Shown: positions 50,535-60,566 of the stretch, piece after piece
Layout of the letters: each line of letters begins with the position of its first letter
How positions within the stretch are numbered: the stretch's first letter is position 1
Origin: Neoechinorhynchus agilis
Lineage: Eukaryota > Animalia > Acanthocephala
Assembly (NCBI GenBank): GCA_051530055.1
Contig: CM121341.1
Coordinates: 15,850,784-15,914,783 of the forward strand
Direction: 5' to 3'
Length of the DNA stretch: 64,000 nucleotides
Translations under genes and position numbers: made by a program
The notes under the pieces: generated by a model
Database searches by the model: none
What the model saw: the letters and a program-made list of their open reading frames with translations, nothing else
What the model was told of the DNA's origin: nothing

Positions 50535-50828
50535 TTAAAAAAAGTCAGCAGGACGCCCCCAGCCATCGCATTCCTCTGGGTTAGTGTAAGATGATTGGTA
50601 ATAATCGTCTTCGCTAATAGAATCCGTTCCCTCGTTAGAATCCTCTCTAATATCCAAATACGGAGTCTGAGATTTCTGGTCTACACAAGGAAAATAATTT
50701 TGATTGTCAATACAATTCGAACCATCAGCAATCGAGTCCTCTCCCTGCGCAGATTTTTTTTCACTTTCTTGGCTAGATTCTTTGAACATTTTTGTCGGAG
50801 AAAATATCGTCGTAAAAGATATAGGCAA
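50535..50828 (-). CDS. Short acidic ORF, possibly a terminal exon
   Basis: 97-codon open frame rich in S/D/E; no homology recognised. Confidence 0.3.
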   Translation of the reverse strand: MPISFTTIFSPTKMFKESSQESEKKSAQGEDSIADGSNCIDNQNYFPCVDQKSQTPYLDIREDSNEGTDSISEDDYYQSSYTNPEECDGWGRPADFF

Positions 50829-52189
50829 TGTATTTTGCGGCGGAAGATATTGGTTTAGTAGTAGTGTTTGTTATTATCGATGCCGAAAATATCACGGTTC
50901 CCTAGGGAATGTCGGATCTTATAGTGATTCATAGATCTCTCAATCAAACGGAACGACAAAATAGTTTGAAAATTCTTGCAGCCTATATTTTTGGTAGCGT
51001 CGGGCAAGTTTAATTAACATTCTAAGGCAAATAAATTTCGCAGCTTTTTATCAAGATAAGCGCTTGATAACTCGTATTTCGAAAAGGATTGCTTCGGCCT
51101 TGTAAAGTGCGAATGTTCGTTAATTTTTATCTCAAACGTAACGCATCTTGCTATCCTACCGGGCAATGTAAAAATATGGCAAAACGTTGATAGCCTTTAA
51201 GATTTCACCTTCGCATCGAGAATTTAGCGAAAGAGTTGGGTGGTGCTACTCAGAATCCTTAAAGAAATGCGTTGTAGGCTGCTTGACTTTATAAATAGGG
51301 GATTTCAGTTCAAAAGTCGCGCTATTCCGCTTTATCACTTTTCAAAAGTACAATCTGTTTCTAGCGAGGGAACCTGCGATTGGTTCATCAAACAAACAAG
51401 ATAGAAAAGAGTCTATCGCTGCAAGGTGATTACGACATAAGTGCTTCCGGTGCTCTCTAAAACCTAAAATTAAACGAGATTCGTGGAAAAATGAGATGTC
51501 TATTGTCCAGGGTGGATGTGCCTTGAGATGTCAGGATGCTAACGGAAACACGAATATCAAGAGGATTTCTAAACTGGAATCCGATGGGAATTAGGCGCCT
51601 CAAAGTGCTGACGCGGAGGCTAAGCGATTTCAAGACAAGCTGTGACAAAAATTACAGACACTTCATTTGACTTTTCGATCAACCGATATCGGATGTTATC
51701 ACAAACGGATATTCCTGGGAAAAGTAAAAGAATTTCATACCTCAAGTTCATCCATGAAATAGATAAAAATCGAAGCCAGAAAATAACCGCATGCACCAAG
51801 GAAGCTTTTTCAGAAAATTGTATTTTCAAAATTTAAAGCTCGTCAGGATTTACGTTTTCCTTTACAAGTTCAACCGCTAAAAATTGATCAGCTGTAAGGT
51901 TAAGCAATCTACTGTATCGTTCTATAGATCAATGGATATTTTTGAACTTATGTAATACGTTCAAAAAAAGACAATTAATCGCCTGATTGTATTATAATTG
52001 ATAAAAGACGTCCCATCGGGCGAAATTGAGGTTTCTTTTGCTTTTCCTGGAACTTCTTTCGTTTTGTAAAAATACAGCAAAGTAGCAAATTTTATCACGT
52101 GAGTTTTATTCGCAGAACCGATTTAAAGGCGGTGCCGATTGAAGTTTTAAACGATCAATTAAAACATAGTTTGCAACTCTAAATCCAAA

Positions 52190-52600
52190 CAGTTTTGAGA
52201 AACGTGACTGCTAACTTTTCTTCGTTCTCTTCGCTCAATAAAATTGATTCTTGCGCCTCATCAATAAATAGCCACAAAATTGTCACACTTCAAAGGATAC
52301 TCCCCTTCTTCTCACTCACACAATTTTCTCGAGAGAGAGGTTACTGTATCTCCTTTTTGTTTGTAGATCAGAAAAAATGCGCTTCGCCATGCTTCGGACA
52401 TTTGCCGATTTGTGATATTCTTCGATATAGATTCGTCAACACTTGGATACCAAAACGGTCCAACGCTTTCCATATTTCGATCGGGATACCATCCGGTTCA
52501 ACAGTTTTCCCCAATTTCATGCGTCCAAGCTGTCTCGCAACTTCGTTGTAGGAGAATGGTCGCACTGTATTCGCGCATGCTGGTGAGTAGTTATAGTTAG
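52190..52600 (-). mobile_element. RTE-clade LINE RT fragment
   Basis: RMKLGKTVEPDGIPIEIWKALDRFGIQVLTNLY..IGKCP; stops downstream. Confidence 0.7.
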
Positions 52601-53091
52601 AGCGTATCCTTAAGTTTGTTATGATTTCGATCGTCGGGCCTTTTTTATATACTAAAACCTCTCAAAGAATGTTCAAATTGTTTTGCGATTCTTATATAAA
52701 TCCTAAAATTTACAAAATACCTATCCGACCATTTTCTCCATTTAAAGATGGTAATGTAGTTTGAAAATATAGAAACATGAATCATCAGGAAGCGGAACTG
52801 CGTAAGATGACTATTATGACTGCAAGCATTTCGTTTTCTAACGAGTTCAAGTTGTATGGAAACGACGCATTTTGAATATCTTGCTACACTGAAGAAAATA
52901 CTGGTGCACTGTTTAGCTTGCTTCTACACTTAGATAGCAAGTTTTCATTCGGGAATTCTCAATGAATTCTTGAGGAAAACCCAAGATTATAAAGAACAAA
53001 CACAGGCAAACTAGGTTTTTGTGTTGTTAGAATATCCGTCGACAATTTTCGCTTTGTTCGACCTTCTAGATTTTACTGATTAACCGGTCGA

Positions 53092-53669
53092 ATGAATATC
53101 CTCCGTGTAGCAGCCAGACCAACTCGCAATTGTTCCAGAGGACTTTCAGCATCACAGGGACTTGTCCATAAGGAAAATCGAGTTCTGCCGTTCTCATGTG
53201 AAGAGTTATACCAAGTAGTATGGGAAGTGGAGAAGTACAAGTTATTCTTACCATGGGTTGTAGACAGCAAGCTGCTCAAGCTTAATCCGAACGACCTCAC
53301 CATGCAATTGGATGTCACTTCACGGTTTTCGATAACCCAATCGAAAATCGTGCTTTAGGATTTACATGGTTCGCAGAAAAGTACCGCTCTTTTGTCACTT
53401 TTGAACGTCCAGTTTACATTCATTCAATTTGTATAGACCATAATGCCTTTGATTATCTTGTTTCAAGTTGGCGATTCAATCGTCCGCCGAATACAAGACT
53501 GCACCGAAAAACGGCGGTAGACTTTGAAGTGAAATTCAAATTTCGCTCGCCAATCCACTCTACGATAGCTAAGCTGTTTATGGATCAAGTGGCACGAACG
53601 ATGGTCGATGCTTTTAGTGAACGAGCACTAACTTTATATGGACCGGATCGTACGTTGGGAAAAGAATGA
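53092..53669 (+). CDS. COQ10: Coenzyme Q-binding START-domain protein
   Basis: RVLPFSCEELYQVVWEVEKYKLFLPW, QLDV-GFTWFAEKY, VDFEVKFKFRSPIHSTIAKLFMDQVARTMVDAFSERA; needs removal of a 41-nt insert and one 1-nt frameshift (~53488). Confidence 0.85.
53317..53357 (+). other. Candidate non-canonical hairpin intron in COQ10 (41 nt)
   Basis: GAT GTC|ACTTCACGGTTTTCGATAACCCAATCGAAAATCGTGCTTTA|GGA TTT; 13-bp stem. Confidence 0.8.
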
Positions 53670-54300
53670 CATTCTCTAGATTGTTCAGTTATAAATTACA
53701 ACTGTTCGCGTGGGGATCCTAAAGAAAACTAATTAACAAAAGAAGATTGCTAGTTCTTGCATAATGCTTCATGATTATTTCTTATTTGAAGTGAACTCTT
53801 CGTCGAATCGTAGCTAAAACAGAAATAAAGGTTTACGAATTGAGGGCTACTAGCGCTGTATGTGACAGAGAACGATTTTCCATTCAGTTGGATATTAAAA
53901 AGTAAAGAAGCTTTACACATGTTGTGATCTTAACGCGAACTTCCATTTAAATAAATCCAATGGAAAATAGACCGCAACTACACAATCAGTGATGATGATC
54001 AAATGAGTGCAAGCAAGAATCGATAAATTTTAGCAGAAAAAGAAGTTTCTCGTTTCGGGAAGTAGTTCAATATCTCATATCCGAGACCAAATAATCACCA
54101 GTGGCTTTGCTTTTAAATAGCATACGAATATTCTCTAACGTCATAGAGGTGGTCATTAAAATCAAAAAAGAAGGAGAGTGCATAGCTAACGCTCCATTGT
54201 TTGTAACGATGACATATCAAAAGACTTTGTGTAGTCGTCGGTTACCTAACCCATACAAATTCACCACATCAACTTCTTTATCTTCTCAACCCTTTTCGAT

Positions 54301-56031
54301 TCATTCATTGTCATAGAGAGCCGATTCGTTATCCTCATCTAAGACCAGATCATCATCCTCGGTGCCCGCCTCTTGATATTGCTGGTATTCACTGATCAAA
54401 TCCGTCATATTGCTTTCTGCCTCAGTAAACTCGAGCTCATCCATTCCTTCATTCGTGTACCAATGGAAAAACGCCTTACGGCGTAACATTGCAGTGTATT
54501 GGTCAAGCATCCTCTTAAAAATATCCTGAATACAAGTGCTGTTTCCTATAAAAGTAGCCGACATCTTCATTCCAGTGGGTGGAATATCACAGAGTGAAGT
54601 CTTAACGTTGTTGGGAATCCATTCAACAAAATACGAGGAGTTCTTGTTTTGGGCGTTCAAAATATGATCGTCGATTTCTTTCATTGATAGTCTGCCTCGG
54701 AACATTGCGGCTACTGTTAGATAACGCCCAGAACGCGGATCGCATGCAACCATCATATTCCGAGAATCAAACATTTGCTGGGTCAACTCACCGACGCTCA
54801 GCGCACGATACTGCATACTACCACGACTGGTGAGTGGAGCGAATCCGGTCATGAAAAAGTGAAGACGAGGGAACGGTACCATGTTTACAGCGAGTTTACG
54901 AAGGTCTGCGTTCAGTTGACCAGGGAAACGGAGACTGGTAGTGACACCGGACATTGTCACGGATATCAATTGGTTTATTGCATTGAAGTTTGGGACTGAG
55001 GAAAAAGGCAAATGTCAAAAAGTATACTAATTGCTTCACTTTTCAACATATTTAGTGATTGCTTAGTTTAAGAATGCGCAAAGGGACTAACAAAATGCCT
55101 TCTTACGTTAACGAATTTTCGAAGGCAAAGGGGATTGGGGTTTTGTGTGAGAATAAAATAGGCCATGTTCAAAAAAATTCAAATAATTTACAGCGATCTA
55201 TTGAGCAACTTATTAAGAATAAAGGAAAAAATTAGCTGAATAGTCACTGAGTATTTAAATTAGTTCAAAAAAGAGTGAATTATAACTTCCACCAATCTCC
55301 AATACGCCTTAAATCCCCATAGGAAGGAAGTTGCATCTTCATAGTTCTAAAGCAAATATCATAGAGAGCTTCGTTGTCAATACAAAAAGTTTCATCGGTG
55401 TTTTCAACGAGTTGATGAACACTCAGTGTGGAATTGTAAGGTTCAACGACGGTGTCAGATACTTTAGGCGATGGAAATACTGAAAATGTGTTCATCATAC
55501 GATCGGGATATTCCTCACGAAGTTTGCTAATGAGCAGTGTACCCATTCCACTTCCAGTGCCGCCACCAAGCGAATGAACGAGCTGGAATCCTTGAAGACA
55601 ATCGCAATGTTCAGTCTCTCTTCTCGCAACTTCCATAACTGATTCGATAAGTTCAGCTCCTTCAGTGTAATGACCCTTAGCCCAGTTGTTGCCAGCTCCA
55701 CTTTTACCAAACACAAAGTTATCAGGCCGGAATATACGACCGTATTTGCTATTACGGACATTATCCATGGTACCAGGTTCAAGGTCAATCAAAATTGAAC
55801 GCGGGACATAGCGAGCTTCAGCTTCATTGAAGTACACGTTGATCCGCTCAATCTGAAGATTGGATTGCCCCTTGTAGGCGCCATCCTCATCGATGCCATG
55901 TTCTTCAGCGATCACTTCCCAGAACTTAAATGAACACACAAAAAAATGGAATCAAAACGAACGACTCAACTCACCGTCGATCCAACTTGATTACCGCACT
56001 GACCAACTTGAATGTGAAGAATCTCGCGCAT
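54301..56031 (-). CDS. TUBB: Beta-tubulin, divergent isotype; 3 exons
   Basis: [71 protein letters not shown] acidic tail; intron 1 canonical, intron 2 non-canonical. Confidence 0.97.
54976..55309 (-). other. Candidate non-canonical hairpin intron 2 of beta-tubulin (334 nt)
   Basis: GAT TTA|AGGCGTATTGGAGATTGG...CCAAACTTCAATGCAATA|AAC CAA; removal gives [15 protein letters not shown]. Confidence 0.75.
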
Positions 56032-57832
56032 CTTAAGCAAAGGAACGGTAAAAAGAATGAAGGTGCGCACGCAGGCGACATGGAATGACACGCGAGGTCA
56101 CTGCTGCGATCAGGAAGAATGACCTTTGGACGGGCAATGACGTCGTTTTGAACCACTGATAAGCAATAAACCTGCGAAACAATCTTGTGGTAAACGCGTA
56201 CAAAATTGTGCGCCGAAATATTGAAATCAATAAATTCTTTTAATCTTTTGCACGATAAAACACATGCTTTATTGAGATTGATGAGACAAGGCTCACTCTT
56301 GCGAAATATCTCTCAATTTAATATGTGTTTTATCCACGTGGAATTATGATAACTGCATCTCCAAATCTATTATCCCGAAGGATTTTCTCTATCGGTGATT
56401 AATCTTTTGATCGAAATAATTAGCGATCAAATTTGGGTCTATAATGAAACTCTTTTGGATGTTCATTCTTTAGACAACAATGATCGTAATGCACGGCATC
56501 ATTAAGGCACCATATGAACTTGAAAAACAATCTTAAAGCGTCAACGTAGATTTCTATGAGAAATAAGCACGCAGCAACAAAGAGATCCTCCCACCAAAAT
56601 GCTCAATCGGCTGGGTTCGTTTCTCGATTCTGTATTAACAAAGACAAGATTTTTGATGTTTCAGCTCATTTCGGATTACCAAATTTAAGAAGGCGTTATA
56701 AAAGATGAGGGTAATTTCTGTTCACAACTTTGATTAATTTATTAAAGGACACAAAAAGCTAACTGATTTTCTCTTTAAATGAATTAAAGTAGTTTTACCA
56801 ACGAGCACGATTTTTAAATTTTCTGTGATCCATTTCCCTTTTATCTGTGTGGTTTTTTCGGTGAGCTTATTTGCGGCTCAGTGTTTAGCTAACGAAATTC
56901 ACCTAAGCTTTTTGAAAAATGACTTCAATTTCTTTTTGTTTATCTAAAATACATCCAGCAAAGTAAAATGTTGACTTCCATTTATATTTCGATATTCTTA
57001 GGCGTTGGATCGTTTGAGCGACCGCACGTTTCTTAACTTAATAGTAATTTGATTTTGCCACGATCATAGCAATCATTGAAAATGACTATATTAAATTAGA
57101 TAAAAAGTAAAGCACGTAGAATTCCAGTTGTGGCAATCCATATACCGAAAAAGTAGTAATGTTTAGATTACAAATGAAAAATCTTTAATAACATACCTAT
57201 AAAGTTTTTCTAACGATGTACTAAGGTTTATGTGCGACCGAATGAGACTGGGAATTATGCGAGCGTTACTACTTTAATATTGAGCGCTTAATACTGTTTA
57301 GCATCGTGAGAAAAACCTTCGGGTCGATAGAGCTGGAGTTCTGTTGCATTTCATTGAATCGAAATATGCTATATCCCGAGGACTATGATCAACCGAACTC
57401 CAACCAATACTGTTTATATTGTCGATCACAACTTCTCTGAATACTTTTTCCTAAAAACGTCTACGAACCACAACGATGATTATGAAGCAACCGTTTTATT
57501 TTGGTGTTATCTAACATCCATTTTTTAGATAAAGTCGTACAAAACTCGAAATAAACAGTCTATGTCTTGTACCACAATTCACCAATCACGCAAAATTATA
57601 CATTAGTCTCGATCATATTGACTTACGTCAATAAATACTGTTCAAGAAGCCTTCTTCCAAGTATTCTATATGTACATATTTGTTCAAGTTGGTTAACTAT
57701 TGATGACGTCATCGACGCTCAGCAGTTTCTATTAATGACACCTTTTTAATCATTTAGGAGAAAAAGGGACAATTAACCTCCGTCGCCATGGCAACCCTTG
57801 TGATTGAAAACCAAGGAGTACGTAATTGACAA

Positions 57833-58258
57833 ATGCGTAGCATCCTACTGCTCCTGATAACCTTAAGCGTGAACGTAATTTGTTATCAGATGACGGACAA
57901 AATGGTAAAACTTAGAAAACCACGTTCAATTATCGCAGACAGTACTGATGCGGTTGATATTGGTCTAAGGTCAACCACCACCTCAGCAACGACGACAACA
58001 AAGAAAGCAAATATTGAAAAAGTCGTGGACGATCAGGAAGATGACGAAGATACGGATTCTAGTTTTGAAAATGCCGTACCTCCAATGTGGGCCATGATTT
58101 TATTAGTAGGAACACCCATTCTCATTATTCCAATTGTATTTGCATATTTTTACTATGATAAAATATGGAAGGAGTCCAAGAGGTTGCTTTCGTTGAAGCG
58201 TAAAGCTGAAGCTAAAGAAGAGGAGCCTTCGAGTGACTATGAAAGTGCAAGTGAATGA
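57833..58258 (+). CDS. Small single-pass type I membrane protein, unknown
   Basis: Signal peptide, Thr-rich and acidic ectodomain, TM MWAMILLVGTPILIIPIVFAYFYY, basic then acidic tail. Confidence 0.7.
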   Translation: MRSILLLLITLSVNVICYQMTDKMVKLRKPRSIIADSTDAVDIGLRSTTTSATTTTKKANIEKVVDDQEDDEDTDSSFENAVPPMWAMILLVGTPILIIPIVFAYFYYDKIWKESKRLLSLKRKAEAKEEEPSSDYESASE

Positions 58259-58996
58259 ATATTCCATTACATCTTTTAATGGTTTTATTATGGTTAATTC
58301 TGACGCGATCCACTAATAACGCTTATTCGTTATTTTCCCTTCTTCTGAAATTTGCTATGCAGTAGAATTAAAAGTTAAAATTTGGTCACGACGAAGTTGC
58401 TGCTAAGCTTCATTTTAGATTCTGTGTCACACATCAACAGAGCGGTCTAAAAATCTACAAGTTCTGATGATACCATTGAGCTATTAATGGCGTTTGAATT
58501 CTATTAAAATCAGGTGATACAATAATCGTTAATACTCGCTGTACCTGATCAGCTGGAGGTCGTATGTTTATTTCGATGAATTGAGCATAATCGGTAGAGC
58601 GTTTTATCAAGTGAACTAAGAAAATTGACATTTAAGTTCGAAGCCTTCCATTTCTAATGTACAACGAAGCAAAAAAATCGTCTAGCTTCAGTTACAACAT
58701 TCAAACAAACAGATCGTTAATTTAAATCGAAACGTAATTTTCATAGTACCCTAGAAGTCGATACCTTTTCGTCGCTTTTACGAAAATGAATTCTCTAGAT
58801 AGTCTTTAGAACAACAATTTTGGTCACGTACAACTTAAGAAACGGTGATTTTATCTTTATTTTTTTGAATAACTGCGAACTAAAGGTATGCTTCATAAGT
58901 GTTGTTTTCCAGTCAGTTTATGCCATTTACGGCAATCTAACTGCGAAAATGTGAAAGTTTAGTAATCTGATTAAGTTTCTAATTCGATCGATTTTC

Positions 58997-59495
58997 CTAT
59001 ATAGTGCTTGTTGGTTCGATATCCTTCCATGGAAAATCGGTTCCTTCCACATCATCTTCAACGAACGCCCTTGCATTCTCACATACAATTTTTCTACTGC
59101 TCATGTCAATAACTGTCACCGTGGGTATTGACACAATGTTTAGTTTGTCTGTGAGGTCTTTCTAAAGCATTCGATGTACGCAACTCTGAAAAAAATAATC
59201 AAACCTTCAAGTCCTCAAGTTTAAAATCCAAATGCAGCCAAGGCATTTCATCGTAGTGTACTTTGGATTCATCGGATGTATTTTCAACACTAATGAAAAC
59301 GATATCGACTGATTTTTCCTTCTTAACAAAATCGTAGAACTCCAAGAGAGCTGAAGTGAATTGATTACATGGTGGGCACCATTGAGCCGAGAAAAATAGG
59401 CAAATGTATTCGAAATCCGCGATCTCAATGTGCTCCCCATCTTTATTGAACACATGAGCACGAATTTGCTCTATCAATTCATTCACATCAGTCAT
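58997..59495 (-). CDS. Nucleoredoxin/tryparedoxin-like thioredoxin; 2 exons
   Basis: LFFSAQWCPPC, IVFIS, MPWLHL, then a 42-nt GT-AG intron and SIPTVTVID..DFPW. Confidence 0.88.
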
Positions 59496-60566
59496 CGTTC
59501 TCTAAACAGAGAATGTGAAAATTGATGTGAATTTTCGCGTGAAACGCCACCATCCTAAACTCACTTTCCAAGTCAATCCACAAGTCCTTAGTTTAAACCT
59601 TCGTCTCTTATGCAGATCAATAATGTGAATGTTCCAACAGCGGAGAGAGAGGAAAAATACGTCTCTGTCTCGATAAGTGGAAGTCACAGTGAGTTTGGTG
59701 TTAGCGACCTATAGAGGTCTTAGTAGAAAACATATTGCGCCACAAAGTTACTGGTGATCTAAGACATTCAATAAAGATGAATTTTTGTAATGCGATGAAT
59801 TCCCCCGGTTTCTAATCGAAGCTGCAGAACGTTAATGTTTTAAAGCGCTGGTTCTCGGGCCATGTATAGTTGAAAGTAAATTCGCGAAAGTAATTATGGT
59901 ATACACAAAATTAATGGTATTCAAATCCAATGAGAAACACAAATGCGCCCTGATGTCGCTCACTCGTCCGTTGCTTTTAAATCCGCTCCTCTATTTTTTA
60001 TACAACTTGAAGATCAAAAATCTCCGCCCTATCCAATAATATTTATTTTTTATTTCGTTCAAAGAAGACATCTTGAAGCTCTCTTCGATGCCGGTTTTGT
60101 GGCTAGGGACCCAATCCGCTGCGGCCATTTAAAATGCTCATGAAAGGCAATATCCAGCATGAAACGAATATCAGATATAGCGCAGTCATTAGATCAAAAA
60201 GTCTTAATAAGATAATTCCCAGGTTTTAGACTCTTTAGGGAACATAAAGCAATGATATGTAACGAGTTTAACCATATTTGGCTAATCATATTAAGAAGAT
60301 CCTTCGGGATGGTAAATATCGAATGGTTGTGAATATAATCTCAGTTCAAGATTCCTTTATTATTATGAAATATTTTGCGAGGATACCTCGCATCATCAGT
60401 TATTGTTTAAGTGTTTTATTCGCACTTCATATACTCCGGTATCTCAGATACCGACATTTCTATTAATATTCTCCAACAAAATGCGAATTAAGCGATATAA
60501 TATTATGTTGTTCACTTATGGTATGAGCACACATTCTATAAGCACAGCCTTTATCTAGCAACAAAT

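Noticed and set aside
51560-51836. FLNWNPMG as an APE endonuclease start
   Set aside because: A single short motif with no supporting downstream motifs.
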